DNA of 64,000 nt from Paragordius varius (taxonomy: Eukaryota; Animalia; Nematomorpha), in contig OZ176057.1 in NCBI GenBank assembly GCA_964247055.1, positions 4,588,001-4,652,000 of the forward strand, read 5' to 3'. The translations under genes and the position numbers were made by a program. Every line of letters begins with the position of its first letter. The stretch's first letter is position 1. Of this stretch, positions 1 through 14,700 are shown piece by piece. Below the pieces are notes generated by a model. It made no database searches and was not told the origin of the DNA. It saw only the letters and a program-made list of their open reading frames with translations.

Positions 1-980
1 TTTTTTATAATATTTAAATCTTCAAGTTTTTACAGTATAAATTAAAATTATACGGATAAAACGTAGCAAATATAAAGACAAAAAATACACTAAAAATATA
101 TACGGATAAAAGCTAAAAATAGACAAATTTTCTAAAAGACAACCATACTTTTTTAAACCTTAATTAAGCTATTTAAATACAATTGTAAAATATAGAATAA
201 ATGCCGTTAGTAATATATATATCTATTTCAAACTTTGCAGTTTCAAACGATGAGTTTTATTTAAATAAATCAAGATTTAAAAAGTATGGTTGTCTTTAAA
301 AAAATATTTATCTCCATATAATTTTAGTTTTGTCCGTATAATTTTAATTTTTAGTGTATATATTTAAACTTACATTTAGTTTTAGTCAAATATTTATTAA
401 TGTAAATAAATATTTTACAATTATAAATATATATAATACATTTTATAACAATAAATTGAAATATATCATTTACACTATAACACCCTTGAACAATTCAAAT
501 CCTTAAACAATTCCACCCTAAATAAATTATGTGTTTTTTATGAAATAAATTATGTGTTTTTTATGATTAAAAAATTACTAAATTTGTTAAAAAATAAAAT
601 ATAGTTTATAATTAAAACAATACTGAAAAATAAACTAAGGCATACGGATATATGTCATTATAAATAATGGGTTATATAAGCCCGAAAATACATAATTTAT
701 TTTTAGAGTAAATTTGAATTGTTCAGGGGTAAAAAGGAATTTTTCTAGGGTGATTTGAATTGTTTTAGGGTAAATATAAATTGTTCAAGGGTGAATTTGA
801 ATTGTTCAAGGGTGAATTTGAATTGTTCGAGGGTATATATATTATAAATGGTATATTTATCGGTGTTACGCACCCCAAAGAAACGGGGAAAATAATTAAA
901 GAATAATATTTAAAATAAACCATTTTTTTTCCAAAAAACAAATTTATTATTTATGGGTTAAATTTAAATTAATAACTTAC

Positions 981-1060
981 TTGGGACAAAAGGTAATAGG
1001 TAATTCATGTAATTTTTCTTTGTCCAAAATTGCCAGCACCTCTAAATCAGTATCTAGAAT
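981..1060 (-). CDS. INPP5A: INPP5A exon 14 (ILDTDLEVLAILDKEKLHELPITFCP)
   Basis: 80 nt, donor gtaagt, aligns to D.E..L.EL.I.FPP. Confidence 0.9.
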
Positions 1061-4000
1061 CTATCAAATGAAAAATAAAAAATTATCAAAATTTAGATAT
1101 TTAATAGAAATATTTTTTTTTATTAAATAATATTACGTGAAAATAAAATTATTAAGAAGCATTTAAAAATCTAATTTATAACTATTTTATACTTATATAT
1201 ATATATATATATATATGCTAGAAATTTACAAAAAAATATATTATTACACACGTAAAATATAAATGTAACCTTTTCGAATTATTGCAAAAATTCCAAATAA
1301 AATTACATTAAAAATGAAATTATGCGGACAAAACGTAAAAATATAAAAGGCAAATATTTTTTTAAAAAGACAACCTTACAATTTAATCCTTAATATTATT
1401 AAATATAAATTGTATAAAGCTGCAAAGTATGGAAATGTATAATGGTGAAACAATCAATTATATTTTACGATTGTAATTAAATATTTTATATGGGAAAAAT
1501 TAAGGTTTTAAAAGTATGGTGTTGTCTTTGGAAAAAAATATTTATCTCTTTTTTGTCCGTATAAATCCAATTAAAAACAGTATCAAAGTAATTTTCAAAA
1601 GAATACGCGTCAAAAAATATGTTATGGAAAAAATATACCTAATATATTAAGTATTAATTTTAATACAAGAGATTCTAAAATTTTATATATAATCATTAAC
1701 TTACAAATTCAAGAAAAAAAATGACAAATTTAATTATAGGATAATGAAAAATATTTCAATTTTAAATTAGAATTAAACAAAGATTTACAAAAAACGCCAT
1801 ATTTTGCTTTATTTTTTTACAACAAATATAATGAAAGGTTAAAAGTAATATATAAAATATAATATACCCATTTATTTTTGGTGAACGTGAAATGAAATAT
1901 TTCTTCTTCATTGGGTTGTATATTAAAAATTTTAGTATCGATTTGAATCTACATAATAGAAATAGGTAGAGTTAAACCCAAAAGATATTTTTTTTTCAAA
2001 ATTTATCTTATGACATATTTTATGAAAAAATAACACTGCTAAAAACTTGATATGCCTACACTTATACCTTTTCACTTTTTTGTCCTAGCTTTCCTTTTGG
2101 GGTAATTTTATATCGTAAAACTCAATTTTGTTAATGACTCTTATATTTTTAGGTAAGATATACTTTTAATTTTTAAACAGTGTTATTTAAATAAGTAAAA
2201 TTTTATTTTGAAATAGGAGGAAAATTTATATATACCATTTCCTAGTAAACCGTTTTCCCAGTCAATCGATAATTTACCAGTCAATAAAAAAACATTTTAC
2301 CGGTCAATAAAAACATTATCCCAGTCAATAAAAACGGTTTTCTTTTTGATATAAATATCAAAAAAAGATATAAAAATAACTTTAACCATTGTGTAATAAT
2401 ATTAGCATATACCATTTACGATTCAAAATTACCCTTGAATAACTTAATTTCACTTTTAAACAATTCAAATTTACCCATGAACAATTCAAATCACCCTCGA
2501 ACAATTCAAATTTACCCTAAAAATGAATTATGAAATTTCGGTTTCATCATTAAAATTAAAAATTGTATTTTTATGGAAATGTTTATTATTTATTCAGTAT
2601 TATTTTTATTACATACAAAATTTCTTTTTTTTTAATATAAATAATATAGGTTATTTTTGATCTTAAAAAACACATAATTTATATTAGGATGAATTTGACT
2701 TGTTTAAGGTGAATTTAAACTGTATTATATTTTATTTTATAAAAATACAATTACACAATCATTAATGACTTATTCTTCTAAAGTTATATTTTATTACAGG
2801 ATAGTATTCCATAAAATTTGAGATATTTTAGAAAATAAAATATTTTTTCGATGGTTCGCATTAATAACCGGGGCTAACCTATATTTTGCTAAATATATCG
2901 TTTTCATTTCAAATCGGCCTTTATGGGATTTTAAACCAACTCTACCCTAATTTATATATTATTTGTCATTTTCAAATACATCTTTCATATTTAATCTAAA
3001 AAATATTTTTGTTTAGATATTCTTTTCCGACAGTATTTTTATCAACAAACTTTACATATTAAACCAATTTGAAGTTTTAAATGACCGATTCAAGATAAAA
3101 TATCTCAAAAACGCAAAATGGTCAAGTTAAAAGATATAACTTTTAAAAAATAAGTCAATTAATGATTGTGTATTGGCATATAACAAAAAAACTATCATTC
3201 AATAATTGTATTTTCCTTAAAATTAATATTATTAATGTGCTGATATTTTTATATTTTTTATATTTATTTATCAAAAATAAAACCGTTTTATTGCCTGGAA
3301 AGACGTTTCGATTGACTGAGAAAATTTTTTGACAGGAAAATGGTTATTATAAACTATACACAATTTAATTAAGACATTATTTGAAAAATTGTACTTTTTT
3401 AAAGAAAAAAAATACGTTAAAATGAAATACAAGCATAAAACTTTTTTTAGTTAAATAAATAAATTTTATTTAATTATTAAGTAAAAAAAGATCGATACCA
3501 AATATTTTTTGCTAAAATGATCTGAATGATGGTGTAAAACACTTTCGTGGGCAATAACATCAGTGCTATAGATAAGTTTATTCTCATTACCCTGATTACT
3601 TCCCCCCATTTTAGTCTGTGATATATCTTTTTCCATGCAAAATATAAAAAAAGTAAAGCAAAATAAATTATATATAATGGTTTTACAAGTATAAACATAT
3701 GTGGGGCTAATCAGTATGTCAAACATAATACAAAACTATTCAGCAATCAACATCTAATTAATAGTTTGAATCTAACTTTAAAACAGGAATGTCCAATTAA
3801 ATGGCTTGATATATATATAATCATTAATAAAGTTATATTAGATATTGTTGGCATGAAACTATAAAAGGCCAAAAACCAGAATATAAAAGTTTTTCTAGTT
3901 GTACATTGCCATTTGGTTGGAGGGTTCAAAAAATTTATTTAAATACCATTTACACTTCATATTCACCCAATAAAATTTTTAAGATTAAAAGTTACCTATA

Positions 4001-6794
4001 TTTTTTATGCAGATTCAAAAAATAAAAATTTTGCTTTAAATTAAAATAATACTGAAAATAAATTTATACCATAAACATATATTTCATATTAATAATGGGT
4101 TATATTAGTTCAAAAACGCAATAGTTATTTTTAAGGTGAATTTAAATTGTTCAAGGGTGAATTTAAATTGTTCAAAGGTGAATTTCAATTGTTCAAGGGT
4201 GAATTCGAATTGTTCAAGGGGGGTGAATTTGAATTGTTCGAAGATAAATTTAAATTGTTCAAGGGTGAATTTAAATTGTTCAAGGGTGAATTCGAACTGT
4301 TCAAGGGGGAATATGAATTGTTCAAGGGTGAATTTGAATTGTTCAAGGGTGAATATGAATTGTTCAAGGAGGGTGAATTTGAATTGTTCAAGGGTAAAAT
4401 TGAACTGTAAATGGTATATCCATCCATCCATTTTAGGTCCCAGGGTATCTGGGGTTTCCATGCACCAACTTTCTGAACAATGTACTATCAAAGACTTGTT
4501 CGTGTTCAATATTGAAGTGTGATAGATCTTGGGTCAGCTGTTTGGACCATGTGAGTTTAGGGCGGCCTTTTCTGTTTGGGCCGGGAATATTTAAATGTTG
4601 TATTTTTTGTACCCAGTTATCGGAATTCATACGTTGAATATGTCCGTAATATCGCAATCGATTGCGCTGAATGAATAGAGCTATGGGTTCATCTTCTTCT
4701 ATGGTATTATCAAAATTATTGTTGCAGATTTTGAGCATGTGATTTTCAGCTCTAGTAAGTCTATTTAGGTCTGTTGCTGTAAGGGCCCAGGTTTCTGTAG
4801 CGTATGTCATAGCTGGTCTTATTCCCATTTTGTAAATCTTTATCTTGTGATTCGATTTGATATATTTATTAGTTAAAATATATTTTAATTGATTGAATTT
4901 GGCCCATCCTTGTCTGATTCAATGAGAAATGGCATCCCTCAAAGAACCATCAGATGCTATATAATCGCCCAGATATGGAAAAGATGTTACAACTTCTAGT
5001 TTATCTCCATTAAAGTTTAAAGTACGTGGATTCGATATTGGCAGTGGTATTGATAAAGCACATGGTGTGCAGATAAAATTATTATTATTAATTAACTTTC
5101 CTTTTATGTTGGAACATTTTTTATGGACCCAATTTCTGCATTTTGTACAACAAAGTGAGTTTAGTTTTACCTCAGTGGTGCACACTGGGCATGGGAACTT
5201 TATAGTTTACGTTCATCTCCTGTGATTAGAATTTTAGTTTTGTTTGTATTGAAAAAAAATAAATGGTATATATATTATAAACGAAATATTACATTCAGCC
5301 GCATTAGGTCCACTGATAGATCCGGTTCGCTTATTAAGTATGTAGGATTGTCCTTCATCGCGGGCAGCAAAACGCTTGAAATGAATGTAATCACTATTAT
5401 CGGTTTGGGCCAAGGCTAACCAATACTGATAATCTTGGTGAGTTTCCATCAATTTCTAAAGTGGTTTTTTTATTCAAAATATGGAAAAACGTAAAATATT
5501 TTAACAGTTAAAACTAAATTAAATTTATTATAATAAAATTATTAAAACAGTAAAGTCCACACAAATATAATTTTTTGGATATCCTATGTTTTTGCAATCA
5601 AAAAATAAATGATCAAAAAGCTACAGTTACCATTTAAAAATGTTACTTAACACAACTTATGGGAAATGCTCAAAAATTTGCGGCGTTAACTACTCTTTTA
5701 TGCCTATGGTGTATTAAGCGTATAAATTTTGATAAATTTTCTTTGTTTTAAATTCACACAAATGATTTCAATAAATTTATATTTTTTTCAATTATTTTAT
5801 TTTCAAGTTTAGTCTTAATATTTACATTTTATTATTGTCAATTATAATTGACAATAATGTGTTGCAAAAAAATAAAAATTGTAAAAATGGATATTAGAAG
5901 ATCATGTGTGTGCTCCCTTTTGTAAGGTTGTAAAATTGTGATTTTTGATGTTTAATTTAAGTTTTTTTGAAAAAATTAAAATAGAAAATGCCAAAACATA
6001 AAAGATGATGAATTACCATTATTATCAAAGTTTAGTTTAATATTATTGGAGATTTTAAATATTACAGTTCAAATTCACTCTTGATTTTAAATATTACAGT
6101 TCAAATTCACTCTTGAACATTTCAAACCTAAAAAAAATTATGTGTTTTCGAACTAATAAAACTCCTTATTAATATAAAATAAATCTTGATGGATTAGTTT
6201 ATTGATTTTTCAGTATTATTTTAAACAAAATTTCATTTTTTTAAAAAATATAGGTTTTAAAACTTAAAAACACCTAATATATTTTAGAGTGAATTCGAGT
6301 TGTAAATGGTGTATATATATATATATATATATATATAAAGAGTAAAAATGAAATTATACCGACAAAAAACGTAAAATATTTAAAGACAAAATGTTTTTGG
6401 AAAGATAACCATACTTTTTAAAACTTTATTAATTCTATAAAAATCATTCAAAAATATATATACAATCATAAAATATATAATTGATTGTTAAACACACACA
6501 TCTCTATTTTATATTTTGCAGTTTAAAAACAATGAATGATTTATATTTGAAAATAGTCAAGTTGTTAAAAAAGTATAGGGTTGGTTGTCTTTTGAAAGAT
6601 AAATATATGGTTGTCTTTATATTTTTACGTTTTGTCCCCCCCGTATATAATTTCATTTTTTACTGTAAATATATATATTACTTCGACAAAAAGGCGTAAA
6701 TCTAAGCGAAAATTAAAGTCTCCAAATGCATACAAAAGCACTTTTTCCGCATTTTGATGATGTGATAAATTCTGTTTGATTCTAGAATTAAAAA

Positions 6795-6833
<39 letters not shown>

Positions 6834-9800
6834 CCATTTACATTTTAAATTCATCCTAGAACAATTCAAATACACCCTAAAATATACGTGTTAAGATTTA
6901 AAATTACATGTATTTTTTTAGAAAATGATATTTCGTTTAAAATTAACATATTACGTAAAAAAATAATAAACACATATATGTTTCATATCAATAATGAGTT
7001 ATGTGAGCCCGAAAAAACACTATTTTTTTAGGTAAATTCGAATTGTTTAAAGGTGTGAAGTGTAAATGGTATATATTTATAAAATTTTAAAAAAATTTTT
7101 AAAATATAATATATGTATAATCCTAAAATAAATCATGCGAACTATATAATAAATACAAAAATAAATTGAAATTGATTGTATATCCTATAAAATTATATGT
7201 AAAAAATAAAATTATTTCCCAAAATAAATATTAAAATTTTTAAATTAAACATGAATAAAAAATTACTCATGTAAGCACCAACTTAACGCTTTATTCCGAC
7301 ACTCTGCATATATTGACGGACTCTAGAGAAAAAAAAGGGTAAAATATAAAAATCAATAAAAAAAAATCTTAAAAATTAAAAAAATAATATAAAAAAATTA
7401 TATACCGTAAAAAATTAAATTTAAACGACAATAAACGTTAAAAGTAATTGACAATTTTATTAAAATATAAATTGAAATTATATACGGGGACAAAACGTAA
7501 ATATATAAAGAAAAATATTTTTATTTAAAAAACAACCCTACTTTTATTTTTAAATATAACTCATTGTTTGGAATTGCCAAGTATAAAATATGTATATTGA
7601 TAACAGAATTAATTATGAATTTTAAAATTGTATTTAAAATATAAGTTAAGAAGATAAATTTAAAACTATGGTTGTCATTTAAAAACTACAATATTTGTCT
7701 TTATTATACGTTTTGTCCCCGTATATTTTAAATATTTACTGTAATTGTTTTATTATAAATTTTTTAATCTAGTAAATGTGTAATAAAGTATTTTTCTAAA
7801 ATTTACATATCTATTCTTATTTTACGACGTAATACAATAATATATTTCTTAAATATTAAATATACGCTTAAACAAATTAATGTCACCCTTGAACAATTCG
7901 AATCCACCTAAAATAAAATATGTGTTTTTGAACATTAAAAACCTACTACCTATATTTTTTTATGTTTTGAAAAATGAATAATCGTTTAACATTAACATAA
8001 TATAGAAAAAATAATAGACTATATATGCCAAAAAGAAATATTTCATTTTAATATATAGAGTTATATAAGCTCAAAAACACATGATTTAGTTTTAGGGCGA
8101 ATTCGAAATGTTCAAGGGTAAATTAAATTTGTACGAGGGTGAATTTAAAGTGTTCAGGGGTATGCTATATATGTAAACTCTAATATCAGCTGTTCGTTTC
8201 AAAAAGCTTTACTAACTAAATTAGCCCGAAAACACATGTTGTTTTAGTTTTAGGGCGAATTCGAAATGTTCAAGGGTAAACGTTTTTTAAAGTGTAAAAT
8301 CAGAGCATACTTTTTGAAAAGCCGTTATGTTAGATGCATCATGAAATAGATGGAGATTCAACAAAGATATTTGCTTATCTCCAATTGACCAATGAGTTAA
8401 ACAAAATCCTTTTCTAGACCATTTCTCCTATAAACACACACGCATGGATATATGGAAAAAAATATTTTTATATTTATATTTATAAAATATATATCACTGT
8501 TAAAAAACTATATTAATTTACAGCATACATTTTAGGGGTTACGTATTTCACACTATAATTGGGCAATTTGTAACACAAAGTAGTATATATAAAAAAGCTA
8601 CAAAATGTTTGAATAAACAATTATTTCCTTTCTTATACCTAATGTGTTAAAAACTATCCAACTGTAGTGTGTTAGCGGTAGTTATATTAAGTTAAATAAA
8701 AATTAACTTTAATAGTTTATAGAGTCTATTTTTTAAAAATGTTCAACTATTTATATAAATATTGTGAACAAGAAGGAATATATTTCATGTTAAAATAATT
8801 AATAATTTAAATTATTCTCGCATATAATTTATTTGATAAAAATCTATATAAATTTGGTGGCATCTTTTTTAATGGATAATCTACTAAAAACAAATGAAAT
8901 AAAAAAAACGATAACAATATATATTAAAACAAAATATAAAATTATATTTTTCTCTTTTGCCAACACAGCACCATGTTTCGAAAAATTTTGGAAACATTTA
9001 ATATTACGAGAATCTGAATTATAGTATACATTTTAGGGGTTACTTAGTTTACAACACTATAATTGGGCAATTTGCAACAGACAGTAGTGTATGGAAAAAA
9101 GAAAAGGAAAAATTGTTTAATTATTATTTGTTATTTTTTTCCATACACTACTGTGTGTTGCAAATCGGCCAACTATAGTAAGTTAAATAAGCAACCTTTA
9201 AAATGTAGACTGTATTACGTTATTTATTATGCAATTTATCTGTCTAAGCCAGGGCAACACCCAACCCTATGTTCCTTATTAGAAAGTCCGTAAAAAAGTT
9301 GGAATTCTAATCCATAAATTATAACAATATGTGCAAATCTTAATAAAATTTATATTACTTAAACAATGTTTCTGAATAAGTGTTGATACATATGGCGAAA
9401 AACTGGAAAAAAAATGCTATATTATCGTCTTTACATTTTCCAGTTTTATGTTAGAAACGTAAAAATTTCCTTATAGATGTCACCTATATATATTTCGAAT
9501 GCGACCCGCGAAGCCATTTGTGTACTTATATAAAATATTACAGTAATATTGAAATTTGTACGAATACATAAACAAAATTTTTTTCAAAAGACATAAAATA
9601 CTTTTTGAACCTTAATTTATCCTATAATCATTTAATTACAAGCGTAAAATACATATTTAATTGTTTTATCAATTTATACACATTTCTATATCATACTTTG
9701 CATATAAAAAGTTAAAAAAATCAAAATTTAAAAAGTATGGGGTTGTCTTTCAAAAAAAATTATTTGTCCTTTTATTTTTACGTTTTGTCCATATATTATT

Positions 9801-11380
9801 ACCTTTTTACTGTAATTATAGGTTATATATCTATTGTTGACAAAAATAGACAAAATCAAATATTTTCCTTTCGTTTTTAGAATCAATTCTTAAAGAATTT
9901 AAATGTTTAATTTTGTTAAAAACAATTTAGTTGTATTTTTGAATCAAAGGTTAAGTTTTTTTCATTATACAACTTTTTCTTGTTTTACAGTAAAAATTAT
10001 AATTATATACGGAAAAAACGTAAAAATATATGGACAAAAAGTTTATTCTTAAATTCAACAATACTTTTTAAATCTTGAGTTTTTAAAATAACGCATTGTT
10101 TTAATCTGCAAAGTATAATATAGAAATGAATTAGAGTGGGACCATAATTAATTATGTGTTTTTGACGATTGTATATAAAATGATACTCATAGGATAAATT
10201 AAGGTTTAAAAAGTATGGGTTGTCTTTTGAAAAAAATATGAATTTGTCCTTATATTTTTACATTTTGTCTCCGTATATATAATTTCAATACTTATTTTTT
10301 ATCCATTCCAATATTGTAAGATAAAGTATTCTTACTTTAAAATTCCCTAATTTATCAAAACGAAATCAATTTAAGATCTGCAAAAAAACTTGTTAAAAAA
10401 TTTTTTTGCCTTTTGCATACTCTACTTAAAAAAGTGTCAGAAATAGTAATTTTTCATAACAAAAACTATTCGTTAAACTTTATTAATTTTTTTTTGAAAA
10501 AAAAACTTAATCATTTTAGATCAAAACGCATCTAAAACACTTATTCTAATCTAAAAAAACAATGTATCTAGTACATTTGCGAAGATATTATATATATATA
10601 ATAAGTTAAAAATTCATAGAGTAGGGGTCTAAAAATTAGAGATCCATTTCAATAACTATAAATTTGATAATTTTATTAAAGAAAAACCGTTTAAAATTCT
10701 ATACTTGTATATCAATAACATTAGAAATATATGTATATATATAATTAGAAATAATTCTTACATCTGGGAAATAGGATATAGGGAATTTTTTTCGAAACAC
10801 ATATGGAACATCAATTGATCGGTTATTTTCATTACATCGGAAAATCTAATTTAATTGTTATGGAAAAAAATAATTAAATTAGGAACTACATCATTAACTG
10901 AGTTTAGTATATATATATATATATATAAATACATGAAATATTATACGGACAAAACGTTAAAATAAAAAGGCAAAATTTTTGTTTCAAAAAAACAACTCCA
11001 TACTTTTCTATACCTTAATTTATCACATTAAAACCATATTACAATCATAAAATACATAATTGATTATGTCACCAATTTATATCTCTATTCTATTCTATTT
11101 GATACTTTTTGGTTTAAATCTATGAGTTATATTAAAAAAATAAAATAAAAGCATGGTTTTGTCTTTTAAAAATATATTTGTCTTTATATTTTTACTTCAT
11201 GTCCACCATATAATTTCAATTTTGACTATATATTAATAAATATTGATTTTGGCATATATGAGAATATAATTTTTTTTAAAATAAAGTATATTTTATGTAT
11301 TAATATTTGAAGGTAATCAAACAAATAGCCATGAAATATGCATTTAGATATTAACTTTCATAGATTTTAACATAAAATCG

Positions 11381-11418
<38 letters not shown>

Positions 11419-11738
11419 TTTAAAAAATTATTTTTATATATATAGTATGCATTTCCATGGTTGCTTATTTCAAACTACTGTGTTGCAAATTGCTTAACTA
11501 TAGTGTGAAATAAGCAACCATTAAAATGCTTCCATATATAATATAAAATTGCGAAAATATATTCTTATATATATATAATAACGTATAAAATTTACGAAAA
11601 TATCGGCTAAAATTCTTCAATTATAATATAATTCAATTTTTTAAAAACTAACAATATAATAATCTATAAAAAATTTATGAGTAAATTAAAAATTATATAC
11701 CAAATTGCCAGCGTTTAAGAGAGATTCATACTTATGAG

Positions 11739-11778
<40 letters not shown>

Positions 11779-14700
11779 ATTATAATGTGGTATTTATAAA
11801 TAAGACAAAAAATAGTGGACCCCGTCCCCCCTGTTTTTCATAATGTGTTTCTTTTTAAATTGTACATAGCGTTTACAGTTAAAAATTGAAATAATACCGA
11901 CAAAGGGTAAAAATATTAGAACAAGTATTATTTTTTTGCAAAAACAACCCCATACTTTTTTGGAAGCTTAATGGTAAAAAAAGGCATGGTTGTCTTTTGA
12001 AAAAAAACGTGTCTTTTCATAACGTTTTGTCAGTGTATTTTCAATTTAAATTTTTACTAGAATAAAATTATGTGGATAATCTCATGTAATTTTCAGTTCA
12101 AAAACAAGGGATCTTAGTTTTTTAGGTGACGTCCTTTACATTTATTAAAATTTTTATAAATTAGTATTTGTTTAAAAACTCATCAAATAACTAAATAAGG
12201 GGAGGGGGGAGGTCCATTGAATTAATCGTGATCTAATTACTTGAGAAATTATATATTTGGAAAGAATTTGCGATAGAGTTATGGAAGAAATAGATATTAC
12301 CCAAAGCCTGCAAAATGTAAAATATTATATAAAAATAATATATAAATCCAAAAAATTTATAATAAGGAAGTTACTTTAATATTACCATTTGCACTTCATG
12401 AATGTTCTTAAACAATATAGGACCAAATTGAAATGTTCAAGGACACTTTTGAAGTGCAAATGTAATAATTAGATTCAAACTTTTTTTAGGATAAGCTTAA
12501 ACAAAATTTTATAAATTTAGATTTAATCGTTTATATTAAAATTGAAATTATACAAAGGATAAAACGTTAAATCAAAATGACAAATAGTTTTTTCGTTGTA
12601 CTATTTAAACTTATTTTTTTAAATTAATTTATTGTTTAAAATGCAAATTATAGTGTAGACACTTAAATTGGTACATTCGATTGTATGCTACAATTGTAAT
12701 TAATTTATGTGGTTAGAAGGAAAAAAAGTCTAATTATTGTTTGAAAAAATTATTTTCTCTTAATATTTTTACGTTTTGTCTGGTAATTTTAATGTTTACT
12801 GGATTACCGGTAAATCATAATTGAATTTGATATACACTATGCCTTTTAATGGTTGCTTATTTGACACTATAGTAGGTCAAAAAACAGTTGTGTATGGAAA
12901 AAACAATTATTTCTCTTCTTTTTTCCAAACACTCCTGGGGTTGCGAATAGCCCTACTATAGTGTGAAATAAGCAACCATTAAAATGCACACTGTATAAAT
13001 ATATATATATATATATATAAATTTCAATTAGTTATATCTAAAAAATAGCAAATTATAAATTATAAAAACCTTAGGTCTAAAAATTAAATTTACTGTAAAC
13101 GTATCATCAAACCCATAATCTTCGTCTGCAAAAATGAATGAACTCTCATACTCCTTCAGACATTCAATCAGATGGTTGTCTTCATTTTCAATTGAAATAT
13201 AACTAAATATTTTTTTACAAATTTATTTTTTTAGATTCTAATAATTTTTCCCCCAAAAATAAATCTTTTAGGTTCTAGTTTTTAATTATTTTTGTATTAT
13301 AATACCATATCTTTATACTTCAAATTCACCCTCAAACAATTCAAATTTCTTAAACAATTCGAATTCACCTTCGAACAATTCAAATTTACCCTTGAACAAT
13401 TCAAATCATCATTGAACAATTCAAATTCACCCTCGAACAATATAAAATCCCTTGAACAATTCAATTTACCCTTAAACAAATTATGTCTGTGTTTTTAAAA
13501 GTTGAAAAAACCTATATTTTATGATATAACAAATTAAAATTTTGTTTAAAATTAAAATAAGGTTGAAAAAAAATTTGTTAAAGGGTGAATATTAATTCTT
13601 TAAGGGTAAATGAATATGTTTAGAAAAATAGCCTTCAAAAATGTATATAAATAATTTGTAAAAATAACCTTTATGTAATCTAATTTTCCGGCAAAATTTA
13701 ACAAATATATCCTTTATGATTCAAATAAAAAGTATATATTTTACAACAGTAAAAATTAAAATTATATGCGGACAAAACGTAAAACTATAAAGATAAATAA
13801 TATTTTAGTTTTCAAATGACAACCTCATAATTCCTTATAATACCATTTATTGTTCAAATTCACCCTTAAACAATTAAAATTCACCCTAAAAATAAATTAT
13901 GTCTTTTCACGCAAATATAACTCATCATTCATATAAATTATATTCTTATGGCATACTTTATTTTTTCAGTATTATATTAATTTTAAACAAAATTTCATTT
14001 TTTAAAAATATAAGAAAACATAGGTAAATTTTAATCTTAAAAAACATAAAATTTATTTTCGAGGGTAAATTTGAATTGTTCAAGAGTGAATGAACTGTAA
14101 ATGGTATATTTTTACTAAATTTAACACTTACTTAGCACTTTAACATATAACAATTGTGTTACCAATATACATCTCTATTTTACTTTGTAGTTAAACAAAA
14201 TTTATAAAGCATGAAAGTTGTTTGTTGTCTTTTCCAAAAAAATATTTGTCTTTAAATTTTTACGTTTTGTCCCGGATATAATTTCAATACTGTATTTATG
14301 GCAAATATTATTATAATAAAAAATTAGAAAAAGAAAAAAAAAAACATATTTATTTACAATGGTATTTTTTATATTTTAACACTTAAACACATTCATTTCA
14401 GTCATTCGATTCAAATAGGGGTAGTTACATACCCCATGCCTGTTTGAAATTAAAGAATTCAAAAAATGTGGAATCAATCGAAACCATGGCAAACATTTGT
14501 ACATTTATAACATTTATGAACCGAAATATATAAAAAATTTAATTCAAAAGTACTTGATATTACTTATTTCTAGGTAAAACCTCAAGGTAAAAATATAATA
14601 AATATGACATGTCTGCATTAGCTAAATTTAAGAATAATACATTTTTTTGTTTCTATCAATGTTAGATGTGATTTAGATTAAAAATAGGCTTTCATTTTAG

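Noticed and set aside
4105-4522. Overlapping repetitive ORFs (FTLEQFK / LNCSRVN / FKGEFEL repeats), also at 13292-13498, 23634-23836 and 24150-24435
   Set aside because: These are translations of stop-free 21-bp MITE subterminal repeats; all frames are open and they sit inside TIR-bounded elements.
12199-12213. G-run GGGGAGGGGGGAGG as a G-quadruplex
   Set aside because: Too short and irregular to support four robust tracts.
13070-13097. INPP5A donor TA-CA|GTAAATTTAATTTTTAGAC resembling a family B TIR (a second MITE-made intron?)
   Set aside because: ACA is the conserved Thr of FT|ALG, I recall this intron position as shared with vertebrate INPP5A, and there is no matching TIR at the acceptor end.
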